In this document: positions 36,842-45,633 of the stretch, piece after piece | Layout: each line of letters starts with the position of its first letter | Position numbering within the stretch: the stretch's first letter is position 1 | Assembly: GCA_964468795.1 (NCBI GenBank) | Contig: CAYXWL010000014.1 | Location: forward strand, 22,376-86,375 | Origin: an uncultured Candidatus Saccharibacteria bacterium | Lineage (GTDB): Bacteria > Patescibacteriota > Minisyncoccia > Phycocordibacterales > DATDWN01 | DNA: 64,000 bases | Direction of reading: 5' to 3' | Program-made: the position numbers and the translations under genes | The notes under the pieces: model-generated | Database searches by the model: none | The model's input: only the letters and a program-made list of their open reading frames with translations | What the model was told of the DNA's origin: nothing

Positions 36842-37402
36842 ATGATAGGACATCTCAAAGGAACTGTAATCCACCAGGATCTAAAGTCTGTTATTTTAGA
36901 TGTAAATGGGGTTGGATATAAAATATATACAAATACCTCCATTCTCGATTATCACAAGGAAAAAACTTTGGAATTTTGGACATATTTGGCTGTTCGAGAG
37001 AACGTTTTGGACCTGTACGGCTTTCAAACAAAAGATGAGATAGACTTTTTTGAACTGCTTTTGACCGTATCAGGCATTGGACCAAAATCTGCTTTGGGCA
37101 TATTATCCATTGCTACAATACAGAACTTGAAACACGCTATCTCTACCGGCGACACTAGCCACCTAACAAAAGTTTCTGGCATAGGAAAGAAAAATGCTGA
37201 AAAAATTGTTCTTGAATTAAAAGATAAACTGGACGGCCTTGTGTTTGAAATGGAATACTCCACTGCCGGCGATGTTGATGCACTTGAAGCCCTAAAAGCT
37301 CTTGGCTATGCTGAAAAAGAGGCACGAGAAGCTTTGAAAAAAGTTTCTGAAGCCAAAGATACAGGAGACAAGGTAAAGAAAGCCTTGAAATTGTTATCAT
37401 AA
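36842..37402 (+). CDS. ruvA: Holliday junction branch migration protein RuvA
   Basis: MIGHLKG, DVNGVGY, LYGF, VSGIGPK, GIGKK.AEKIVLELKDK, AL.ALGY. Confidence 0.97.
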   Translation: MIGHLKGTVIHQDLKSVILDVNGVGYKIYTNTSILDYHKEKTLEFWTYLAVRENVLDLYGFQTKDEIDFFELLLTVSGIGPKSALGILSIATIQNLKHAISTGDTSHLTKVSGIGKKNAEKIVLELKDKLDGLVFEMEYSTAGDVDALEALKALGYAEKEAREALKKVSEAKDTGDKVKKALKLLS

Positions 37403-37422
37403 AATCTCTTTTAGGGACAATT

Positions 37423-37607
37423 AAAACCTCTTCCTCGGCATTTCATTTTTGGAGCACGGATATTTTTCTGCTGAAAAATTCCTCAAGTCTTCCCTTACAG
37501 GGACTGTACACCTTTCGCCCTAAGGCTCAAGGTCTTGCGAAGCTAATCGCTTCTCACTACCCGGCTTGCGAAGTCTCCAAAAATGAAATGCACTCAACGA
37601 GGTTTTG
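37423..37607 (+). repeat. Palindromic repeat family 2, copy after ruvA
   Basis: aaaacctc...gaggtttt ends; perfect 17-bp stem gcatttcatttttggag/ctccaaaaatgaaatgc. Confidence 0.65.
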
Positions 37608-37626
37608 TGTTATTTTGTGGGTATGT

Positions 37627-37749
37627 TTTTGCGTTGGATATTCGCCGAGTTCAAGGCGCGAATGAGGAATGCGACCAAAGTGTACAAGTAGTACTCTGCG
37701 GGAGCATCCGGAATGAGCAACGCAGAAATCGACGAATATACAAGCAAAA
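37627..37749 (+). repeat. ERIC-like element, diverged copy D
   Basis: agttcaaggcg.gaatgag.aatgcga and caacgcagaaat shared with the reverse complement of 52211-52335. Confidence 0.6.
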
Positions 37750-37754
37750 TCAAA

Positions 37755-38654
37755 ATGCCTGAACTACCTGAAGTAACAACCACAGTAAACGGCCTAAATA
37801 ACGTCCTCAAAGGACTATCCATTAAAGATGTCTGGTCTGACTACTTTGTAAACACTTCTAACAAAAGAACAGACAACATAAAGAACAAGAAATATTTTGA
37901 AAAATTTAAAAGCGAAATTGTTGGCGAAAAATTTAAAAATGCCGAAAGAAGAGGAAAAAATATTTTAATTCACTTTACTAACAACAAGACAGTGTTGATC
38001 CACATGAAGATGACAGGGCATCTCTTGTATGGGAAATACGAATGGAACGGAAAGAAATGGAAGAGTGATGTTCCCCTCCTCTCTGACTCTTTTAACCAGT
38101 TTATCCACCTTATTTTTACCCTATCAAACGGAAAGTATCTGGCTTTTTCGGACATGAGAAAATTTGCCAAGGTTATAATGTTTGAAACAGACAAAAAGCA
38201 CGAACATGTCGACTTGGTAGGTCTTGGACCTGAACCTCTGGACGGGCTATCAAAAGACACTCTAAAGGCTCAGGTGTTAAAGAAGCCTAACTGGGATATT
38301 AAAACTGTACTTATGGACCAAAGCATAGTAGCAGGCATCGGAAACATTTATTCTGATGAGATACTCTGGACTGCAGGAGTCCATCCAGAGAGAAAACCAA
38401 CTTCCCTCACAAACAATGAGATAAGCGACATGTGGAAAGCCACGACAGAGATACTTGAGAGATCCATAAAGATGGGTGGTGATTCCATGTCCGACTATCG
38501 AAATATTTACGGGGAAAAAGGAAACTTCCAAAATGCACACATGGTTTACAGACGCACAAAGCAAAAGTGTCTCAAAAAAGGATGTAAAGGAATCATTGAA
38601 AGAAAAATAATAGGAGGAAGAAGTGCCCATTTTTGCAACACGCACCAGAAATAG
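37755..38654 (+). CDS. mutM: Formamidopyrimidine-DNA glycosylase
   Basis: MPELPEV, RRGK, HMKMTG, D.RKF, LGPEP, AGIGNIYSDE, C-terminal zinc finger. Confidence 0.96.
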   Translation: MPELPEVTTTVNGLNNVLKGLSIKDVWSDYFVNTSNKRTDNIKNKKYFEKFKSEIVGEKFKNAERRGKNILIHFTNNKTVLIHMKMTGHLLYGKYEWNGKKWKSDVPLLSDSFNQFIHLIFTLSNGKYLAFSDMRKFAKVIMFETDKKHEHVDLVGLGPEPLDGLSKDTLKAQVLKKPNWDIKTVLMDQSIVAGIGNIYSDEILWTAGVHPERKPTSLTNNEISDMWKATTEILERSIKMGGDSMSDYRNIYGEKGNFQNAHMVYRRTKQKCLKKGCKGIIERKIIGGRSAHFCNTHQK

Positions 38655-38686
38655 AGAAAGTCTCTATTTTGTTGTATTATATTTAC

Positions 38687-39550
38687 ATGAACAAAGATGG
38701 CAGTTTAGTAATACTATTGCTCATAATCGCCCTAGGCCTATATGGGAGCATAAAAGGTCCTGCCACCGTCAGAAATACTCCTGAACAAAAACAGGCGGAC
38801 ATAGCTAGGCAGTTGCAAGACACTCAGTCAAAGGTTGATGACCTGAAAGAACAAGTTCAAATAGAAGTAGACAATAAAACCAAATCTCAATACAGAGATG
38901 TGGTAAAAATATCTACTATTGCAACAGGAGCAGATCCAGAGAATGAATATATTGTTTTACAAGTTAGCTCACGTGCTAAATCCCCTATCAATATTACCGG
39001 CTGGACTCTAAAAAGCACTTCTACAAATATTTCAATAAATATACCTAAGGCCTCAAAGCTTTACTTCGCTGGCATGGTTAACAGCGAAGAAGATGTCTAC
39101 GTTTCACCTGGCGATACAGTTTATTTGGTCACAAGCATTTCGCCTAACGGAGCCAGCTTCAAGATAAACAAGTGTTCTGGATATTTGACCCAATTTCAGA
39201 CTTTTTATCCATACATAAGTAGCAACTGTCCATTGCCAAGAGATGAAGACCTGTCTTCAATACCGAACAGCCCAAACAACGACGCCTGCCTCACATACAT
39301 AAGCAATTTTCCATCTTGCTCTATCCAGACTAGAACTTTGCCAGAAAACTGGAGCTACGAATGCACCAATTTCATTTACAAAAAAATCAACTACCCTTCC
39401 TGCATAGATACGCATAAAAACGATCCTGATTTTTATCAGCCAGAATGGAGAATTTACCTCAAGCGAAGCGAAAGGCTTTGGAAAGACAGGAGAGAAAATA
39501 TAGTTCTCTATGACAACGAGGGAAAGATCGTTAGTACTTATAGGTATTAG
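38687..39550 (+). CDS. Secreted/membrane-anchored protein with lamin-tail-like domain
   Basis: N-terminal TM, 'ENEYI.L......INITGWTL', Cys-rich middle, 'I.LYD.EG..V'. Confidence 0.6.
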   Translation: MNKDGSLVILLLIIALGLYGSIKGPATVRNTPEQKQADIARQLQDTQSKVDDLKEQVQIEVDNKTKSQYRDVVKISTIATGADPENEYIVLQVSSRAKSPINITGWTLKSTSTNISINIPKASKLYFAGMVNSEEDVYVSPGDTVYLVTSISPNGASFKINKCSGYLTQFQTFYPYISSNCPLPRDEDLSSIPNSPNNDACLTYISNFPSCSIQTRTLPENWSYECTNFIYKKINYPSCIDTHKNDPDFYQPEWRIYLKRSERLWKDRRENIVLYDNEGKIVSTYRY

Positions 39551-39578
39551 CAAATCTCTTCCTCAACCTAATTCTTTC

Positions 39579-40052
39579 CTATTTATCCAGCATCCTAAAC
39601 AATCCGACTCCAAACGCAACGGAAACATTGAGAGACTCTTTTTCCCCTTCCATCGGTATTTCTGCAACAATATCGGCAATGTCTAAAATTTCTTTATCAG
39701 TACCCAAGACTTCATTTCCAACTACAAAAATCGCATTGCCCTTTACTTTTACTTTTTTGTAATCAACAGATTTTTTTGATTGCTCCAAAACTATCACCTC
39801 AAACTTCTTCTTTTTTAAATCTTTGAGAAGCTTTACTGGAGAATCCACATATTCCCAAGATATACTCTTTTCCGCTCCTAGAGCTACTTTAGCAATATCT
39901 TTTCTAGGTCTTTCAAACTTATCAATAGGCTTAGGTGTATATCCCGACAAATAGATTTTATTTACTCCCAAAGCGTCTGATGTTCGGAAAATTGAACCCA
40001 CATTATGAGTGCTTCGTATATCGTGAAGTAATATGTAGACTTTTGAGGCCAT
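39579..40052 (-). CDS. TrmH/SpoU-family RNA methyltransferase
   Basis: IRS.HNVGSIFRT, VGNEV.G, IPM.G.KESLNVSVA. Confidence 0.93.
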   Translation of the reverse strand: MASKVYILLHDIRSTHNVGSIFRTSDALGVNKIYLSGYTPKPIDKFERPRKDIAKVALGAEKSISWEYVDSPVKLLKDLKKKKFEVIVLEQSKKSVDYKKVKVKGNAIFVVGNEVLGTDKEILDIADIVAEIPMEGEKESLNVSVAFGVGLFRMLDK

Positions 40053-40173
40053 ATAGACAATTTGAAGTGATGAAATATAGGTTTTTTATAACATGCGCAG
40101 GCTTATATTACATCACGAAACACAAAGAATATAGCACATTGATAAATAGAATAAAGACCGCTATAATTTTCCT

Positions 40174-40554
40174 ATGTTTACATCATTTTTACACCCTTTA
40201 ACAACATTCCCGACACTTTTATCGTTTAGCCTTTTATCACCCATAATACTCAGGGTAGCGGTCGGAATTTACATTGCTTACATCGGCAAAACAAAGATAA
40301 GCAAAAAATATCCGGGTGTTGATCTGTTTTACTATATTGCAGGAGCCATGCTGATAGTTGGGCTTTACACACAGGTTACTGCTATAGCGGGGATATTGAT
40401 GCTAAAATTCTACTTCTACTTCGCATACTGGATACACAGAAAATCTTCACCGATTTCAATTGAAAGATATTTTGAATATGTCTTCCCTGCTGTCATCTTG
40501 CTATCCCTCATCTTCACAGGCCCAGGACTATTTGCATTCGATTTGCCATTGTAG
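40174..40554 (+). CDS. DoxX-like membrane protein
   Basis: LRVAVG, LIVGLYTQ, 'TGPG.FA.D.PL'. Confidence 0.7.
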   Translation: MFTSFLHPLTTFPTLLSFSLLSPIILRVAVGIYIAYIGKTKISKKYPGVDLFYYIAGAMLIVGLYTQVTAIAGILMLKFYFYFAYWIHRKSSPISIERYFEYVFPAVILLSLIFTGPGLFAFDLPL

Positions 40555-40558
40555 AAAA

Positions 40559-40748
40559 TTTAAAAAATCCTGATTACTCAGGATTTTTTATTTTGTGCGC
40601 CCAGGGGAATCGAATCTTACAGATTCTGTACACCTGTTCTACTTTTTGTTGCTAACCGCACAAAAAGTTATCACAGGTCTTCGATTCCCCACAAAACTAT
40701 CTCCCAGACAGTTTCTCCGGGTCTACAAATTTCAAAATTGAAATTTTG
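40559..40748 (-). repeat. tRNA-Lys tail element plus terminator
   Basis: ttcgattcccc (40680-90) is inverted relative to the T-arm; direct copy ttttgtgcgccc.ggggaatcgaa at 40591-40614; hairpin at 40562-40589. Confidence 0.8.
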
Positions 40749-40821
40749 TGCGCCCGGGGGGAATCGAACCCTCGACCATCTCCTTAAAAGGGAGCTGCTC
40801 TACCGACTGAGCTACGGGCGC
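40749..40821 (-). tRNA. tRNA-Lys(TTT)
   Basis: GCGCCCG-TAGCTCAGTCGGTAGAGC...CTCC-CTTTTAA-GGAG...GGTTCGATTCC...CGGGCGCA. Confidence 0.94.
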
Positions 40822-40861
40822 AAGTATTTCAAAATATAACAGAAAACTGACTAAAGTCCAA

Positions 40862-41575
40862 TTAAACTCCAAGCACCCACTTCTCCAGCATCACATCCAT
40901 GTCGCCTTCGCCTTGGCGAACCCTATGTGTCATATCGACTAATTCCTCTGACATTTTTACAAGTTCCTCTGTCCTGTAGTTTCTGCTTCCACTCAAAGCA
41001 TTTTTAAAAGCATAAGGTGTAAGTCCTGCATCCACTGCGCTTTTGGCCCTACTTGCAAGTATCATGTTCTTTACCTGCCAGAAAAATATGCCATGAAGCT
41101 CCTCTGGCACGCTCCCCTTTTTTATTGCATCAACATATGAAACCCAAAGCTTCCTTTTGTCTTTTTCCAAAAGTCCGTCTGTAACAGAGAAAATATTATA
41201 AAAAGGTTTTTTGCTTTCTGGCTTTTTGAATTCCTGAACCTGCTTTGAATTTCTCTCAATCTTTTTTAAAGTTGCAACATCAATACCTCCTTCAAGCATC
41301 AAAAATATTTGATCTGAATTATTGACTTCCTCCAGCCTGTCTACTATGTAGGCTTTTGCATCCTTTTTCTCAAAAACATTATCAAGTACCACAGTATATT
41401 TCTGTTCAAAAAGCCCTTGAGAACTGATGAGCTCATCAAACAACGATTCGCTCCAATTCTCCGAGTTTATCCTAAATAGTTCGGCGCTTGGCCTTTTTTT
41501 CTTTGCAGAATCCAAAAGCTCATGGAGCTTCTTTCGAGTTTTTATGGAGTCACTGCCGTAAAGCACATAAAGCAT
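40862..41575 (-). CDS. holA: DNA polymerase III delta subunit-like (short CPR HolA)
   Basis: MLY.LYG.D, SQGLF...V.L, NIF...D, clamp-loader-delta-like helical C-terminus. Confidence 0.6.
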   Translation of the reverse strand: MLYVLYGSDSIKTRKKLHELLDSAKKKRPSAELFRINSENWSESLFDELISSQGLFEQKYTVVLDNVFEKKDAKAYIVDRLEEVNNSDQIFLMLEGGIDVATLKKIERNSKQVQEFKKPESKKPFYNIFSVTDGLLEKDKRKLWVSYVDAIKKGSVPEELHGIFFWQVKNMILASRAKSAVDAGLTPYAFKNALSGSRNYRTEELVKMSEELVDMTHRVRQGEGDMDVMLEKWVLGV

Positions 41576-41656
41576 TAAATCATTATACAGCAATTTTCTG
41601 GACAAAGAGAAAGCGGCATTTCTGCCGCTTTATCTCCAAAATCTTACATGATTTGT

Positions 41657-41776
41657 TTACATGGTTTCCCGATTCTGCATTTCCTTTCCGCAGCATCGGC
41701 AAAACGTTCCGGGAGGCTGGGCAAGATTCCAAAGTCTGCACCAGCGCATGACGCAAATCGAATACTTCCAAGTCAT
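41657..41776 (-). CDS. 39-aa Cys-rich microprotein (zinc-ribbon-like)
   Basis: Hand translation MTWKYSICVMRWCRLWNLAQPPGTFCRCCGKEMQNRETM, with its own promoter, GGAGG RBS and terminator (41609-41634). Confidence 0.65.
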   Translation of the reverse strand: MTWKYSICVMRWCRLWNLAQPPGTFCRCCGKEMQNRETM

Positions 41777-41799
41777 GGCATACCTCCTATTACTCTAAT

Positions 41800-41829
41800 A
41801 TTATACCACAATATGCTTTATTTTGTCAA
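41800..41829 (-). promoter_or_regulatory. Sigma70 promoter for the microprotein
   Basis: TTGACA (41829-24), 18 nt spacer, TG-extended TATAAT (41805-00). Confidence 0.75.
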
Positions 41830-41830
41830 G

Positions 41831-44185
41831 TTACAACACTGCCTTTGTTTCAGCCCAATTATCCCCAGATGAAACAGTGGCCTCGCATATTACCCCAGAA
41901 ACATCTTTTGGATTGATTACGCTTTCCATTATTTTCTTTATTTCAGTAGCAACGGAATCTATTATCCCCTCTTTTATCTCATAAACCAGCTCGTCATGTA
42001 CCTGAAGGAGAAGTCTTGCATCGTTCTTTATCCCCTTGCTCTCCAAAAATTTATCTATCCTTATCATTGCAAGCTTTATTATGTCCGCCTCTGTTCCTTG
42101 TATCGGAGCGTTTATTGCCATTCTCTCAGCTGCAGCTTTCATAAACGGCAATCGAGAGCGAATATCTGGAAAATATCTTCTCCTGCCGAAATAAGTTTCT
42201 GTATATCCCTTTTGAGCAGTCTCCTTCTTTACTCTTTCCAAGTATTCGGCAAGACCGCTGTAACTGCCAAAGTATTCATCCAGAAACTTCTGAGCATCTT
42301 CCCTGTTTGTTCCGAGATTTTTCTGAAGAGCAGTAACCCCCATTCCGTACATAACACCAAAGTTAATGACTTTCGCTTTGGACCTCATTTCCTTTGTCAC
42401 ATTTTCAGGCTTTACTCCAAAAACCTCGCAAGCAACTGCAGTGTGGACATCCTGTCCTGTTTTGAAAATGTTTATAAGCTTTTTATCTCCAGAAAGAAAA
42501 GCAGCAATGCGAAGCTCAATCTGAGAGTAATCAAATGTGACTATCTTGTATCCCTTTTCAGCAATGAAAGATTTTCTGATCTCTCTGCCTAGCTCGGTCT
42601 TGTTTGGAATATTTTGGACTCCTGGATTCTGACTTGCCATCCTGCCTGTAGCAGAGCCGGCCTGTATGAATTCCGGATGCAGGCGATTATTTTTATCAAC
42701 AAGCTTTGGAATAGTATCTATGTATGTGCCGAGAAGTTTTGACAACTCTCTGTATTCCAAAACTAGGTCTACTACTGGGTTTTCTCCCTTTAGTTTTTCA
42801 AGTTCGGATTCTTTTGTAGAAAATCCTCCGCTGGCTGTTTTTTTCTGATTCTTTGCCTTAAGGCCCATCTTTACAAAAAGCATTTCGCCGAGCTGTTTTG
42901 GCGAGCTTATATTGAATTCCTCGCCTACTATTTTCCATATTTTTTTCTGGATAGAAGAAAGTTCTGCATGGTATTTTTTGGATAATTCTTCCAACCTGTC
43001 GCAATCTATTTTCACCCCCACTTCCTTCATTTCCCTTACAATCGGCATGAGAGGCTTTTCTATATCGTCCCAGACAAAAGATAGTTCTTGGTCCTTAATT
43101 ATTTTTTCTAAAACTTTTCGAGCTTCTCCCAGAGAATTGGCATGGGTATAAGATAAAATATCATCTAGGTTCGGATTGGTCTTGTTTGAATCAACAATCC
43201 ATAGAAGCAACCCTACTTCCAAAATGTCCTCTTGCGACTCATTGCCTGACTCTGATACCGGCATATCCAAAGACAGAGCTTCTGCCACTTTTACCCCCAA
43301 CGTTCTAAACTCAAATTCCCTGAACAGCTCCCCTACTTTGTTCATATCAACATCTTCTCTCCAGACTTTTTCTGGCACCACAAAGTGAATGGGAGCGTCC
43401 CGCCTAATAGTGGCAAGCATTTTTGAGAACTGCGCTTCTTCCTCTCCATTTTTCAAAAGTTCAATCACTCTCTTCTTTATTCCTGCCTTTTCGAATTCTG
43501 CTTCGCTTTTCTTTAACTTTTTGTATATGTCCTCTATTGATCCAAACTTTGTAATCAAAATTTCTGCAGTTTTTTCTCCTATACCCGGAATACCAACTAT
43601 GTTGTCAGAAGGGTCGCCTCTGAGACCTTTGTAGTCAGGCAAAAGCTCCGGACCGAAGCCGAACCTTTCCCTTACAGCATCCTCGTTGTAAATGATTGTA
43701 TCCTTTATTCCTTTCTTTAATGTATAAACTCTAACCTTATCACCCGAAACTAACTGCATAGTATCCATATCTCCAGAAGCGATGATGACATCAATGTCTT
43801 TATTGTCTCTCAATTTTTCCGTGATTGTCCCGAGCATATCATCAGCCTCAAAACCAGGAGATGAATACATTGGAATATTTAGAGCCTTGAAAACTTCTTT
43901 AGACCTTTCTAGCTGAGAAATGAGAGCTTCGTCTATTTTTTTTCTGTGTGCCTTGTACTCGACGTATGCCTCGTGCCTTACTGTTTTCTCCGGCAAGTCG
44001 TAGCAAGCGATTATATAGTCTGGCTTTAAGTCTTTGACTAGCTTTATCAAAAAAGTGCAAAGCCCGTACAAAGCTCCTGTAGGCACCCCTTTGCTAGACT
44101 CAAATTCCGGAAGGGCGTGATAAGACCTGTGCAATATGGCGTGCACATCGAGTAGAACCAGAGTTTTTTTATCCTTTTTTGCCAT
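41831..44185 (-). CDS. polA: DNA polymerase I (5'-3' exonuclease + polymerase; 3'-5' exonuclease domain reduced)
   Basis: EADD, GDPSDNI.GIPGIGEKTA, TGRMAS.NP..QNIP, DYSQIELR, AKVINFG..YG, LLQVHDEL. Confidence 0.97.
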   Translation of the reverse strand: MAKKDKKTLVLLDVHAILHRSYHALPEFESSKGVPTGALYGLCTFLIKLVKDLKPDYIIACYDLPEKTVRHEAYVEYKAHRKKIDEALISQLERSKEVFKALNIPMYSSPGFEADDMLGTITEKLRDNKDIDVIIASGDMDTMQLVSGDKVRVYTLKKGIKDTIIYNEDAVRERFGFGPELLPDYKGLRGDPSDNIVGIPGIGEKTAEILITKFGSIEDIYKKLKKSEAEFEKAGIKKRVIELLKNGEEEAQFSKMLATIRRDAPIHFVVPEKVWREDVDMNKVGELFREFEFRTLGVKVAEALSLDMPVSESGNESQEDILEVGLLLWIVDSNKTNPNLDDILSYTHANSLGEARKVLEKIIKDQELSFVWDDIEKPLMPIVREMKEVGVKIDCDRLEELSKKYHAELSSIQKKIWKIVGEEFNISSPKQLGEMLFVKMGLKAKNQKKTASGGFSTKESELEKLKGENPVVDLVLEYRELSKLLGTYIDTIPKLVDKNNRLHPEFIQAGSATGRMASQNPGVQNIPNKTELGREIRKSFIAEKGYKIVTFDYSQIELRIAAFLSGDKKLINIFKTGQDVHTAVACEVFGVKPENVTKEMRSKAKVINFGVMYGMGVTALQKNLGTNREDAQKFLDEYFGSYSGLAEYLERVKKETAQKGYTETYFGRRRYFPDIRSRLPFMKAAAERMAINAPIQGTEADIIKLAMIRIDKFLESKGIKNDARLLLQVHDELVYEIKEGIIDSVATEIKKIMESVINPKDVSGVICEATVSSGDNWAETKAVL

Positions 44186-44200
44186 GCTTAAATTATATCA

Positions 44201-44638
44201 TTAAGACTCGATCTCTATTTCTCTCGAGTTTCCATCTTCTAACGCACTAAATTTTATCTTCACATGCTCTGGCATTATCTCGCTTACCCTTTCCGGCCAT
44301 TCAATAAGTATTAAATTATTTTTATCAGAAATGATTTTCTGCCAACCCAAATTCAAAAGTTCCTCTCCGCTATTTAGTCTATACGCATCAATATGTATTA
44401 GATGTGAAAATTTATTGCCATATAGTTCATAAATCTTTTCAATTACAAATGTCGGGCTTGTGACAGAGTCCTCCACTCCTAAAATAGATGCCACTGATTT
44501 TGTAAAAGTTGTCTTTCCGCCCCCAAGATTTCCGTACAATCCAACAACAAAAGCTGAATCATTTTTCGGAGAAATCGAATTTATAAAATCTTCGGCGATT
44601 TTGTGAGTTTCCTCGAGGCTGTTAGATACGTGCTTCAT
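44201..44638 (-). CDS. tsaE: tRNA threonylcarbamoyladenosine biosynthesis ATPase TsaE
   Basis: GNLGGGKTTF, VTSPTF, HIDAYRL, IEWPE. Confidence 0.95.
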   Translation of the reverse strand: MKHVSNSLEETHKIAEDFINSISPKNDSAFVVGLYGNLGGGKTTFTKSVASILGVEDSVTSPTFVIEKIYELYGNKFSHLIHIDAYRLNSGEELLNLGWQKIISDKNNLILIEWPERVSEIMPEHVKIKFSALEDGNSREIEIES

Positions 44639-44726
44639 ATCTTGGATATTAGCATATTTTTATACGAAAAAACCCGCCTCATTTGGCGGGTTTCTGAGGC
44701 AGGCATGCCTGCCTCGGAAATGTACT

Positions 44727-45533
44727 CTACCTCCATGTGGGGGGAGGTCGGCGCGGAACTGAGCGTTGCGTCGGCTGGGGCCGAGGCACATACCTCTGGT
44801 ACTCAGGCCTGAGCCTGATCTCCCAGGTATAGAACCTCGTACCAGATCCGAAATTTCCACCTGAATTTCGCAAGGTGAAAGTTTGGGACCTTGCCAGTCC
44901 CAGTGTGCCGTCAGGGAAATGCCCTTTGGCGATAAACTGGAACGAAACGTATCGGCCGTCTCTCCAGGTATTGATCTGCCTGAAGAGCGTGATCGATCCG
45001 CCAGCGCAGAGCCGGCCGACCACCTGCCCTCTTTCATCCTCAATCGAGTCGAGGATGAAATCGTGGGTATTGATCACTCGGACTTTTACGAAGTCCGAGA
45101 CTGACCAATTGCCCGTGGCACGGGGGTCAATCGTCATTTCCTGCTCTTCCGAAGGAGAGCAACCGGAAACCTCGGCGCGGTCGTGGGCCTTGCGCCACTC
45201 GTTCTCGGCCCTCGATCTGTCCTTCTCGTCCTTCTTGAAGCTCTTTCGAGCCTCTCGCATGGCGGGAGTATCGAAAGTTTCAATGTACGAATCCTGAAGC
45301 TTCTCGAGATTCTTCATCTCGATTCTCAAGGCCTCGTACACAACCTTCTTCTTATCGATCGACTTCGGGTTAGAGAAGACGAGGACTCCGATCCGCTCCT
45401 CAGCTTCCTTGATCTGCTTCTGCAGAGAAAGCTGGGTACGATTCGGCTTCCAGTCTGGAGCCTTCTGCGCTTCGAGGGTAGTTGCGAGGGCGACCAACAT
45501 AATGGCCACCACCATAGTTTTCAAGGTGTTCAT
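44727..45533 (-). CDS. GC-rich secreted hypothetical protein
   Basis: Signal peptide (…LEA/Q), GGAGG RBS, TTGACA-17-TGTAAT promoter upstream, terminator at 44667-44692. Confidence 0.7.
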   Translation of the reverse strand: MNTLKTMVVAIMLVALATTLEAQKAPDWKPNRTQLSLQKQIKEAEERIGVLVFSNPKSIDKKKVVYEALRIEMKNLEKLQDSYIETFDTPAMREARKSFKKDEKDRSRAENEWRKAHDRAEVSGCSPSEEQEMTIDPRATGNWSVSDFVKVRVINTHDFILDSIEDERGQVVGRLCAGGSITLFRQINTWRDGRYVSFQFIAKGHFPDGTLGLARSQTFTLRNSGGNFGSGTRFYTWEIRLRPEYQRYVPRPQPTQRSVPRRPPPTWR

Positions 45534-45633
45534 TCAAATCCTCCTATATACATATTACACCATTTTTAGTGTTTTGTCAATATGGGAAAAGTGGCTATAT
45601 TTAGGCCTCTTTTGTATGTTAAAATTGATTGAA

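Noticed and set aside
41583-41771. 62-aa ORF from the track as the gene between polA and holA
   Set aside because: It has a TTG start poorly spaced from the RBS and runs through the terminator; the 39-aa frame fits RBS, stop and terminator better.
45409-45633. N-terminal extension of the pilus ATPase (and similar track extensions of dcd, mutM, yebC, rpsT and the DUF218 gene)
   Set aside because: The extensions overlap neighbouring genes, promoters or repeats; family-typical N-termini begin at downstream ATGs.
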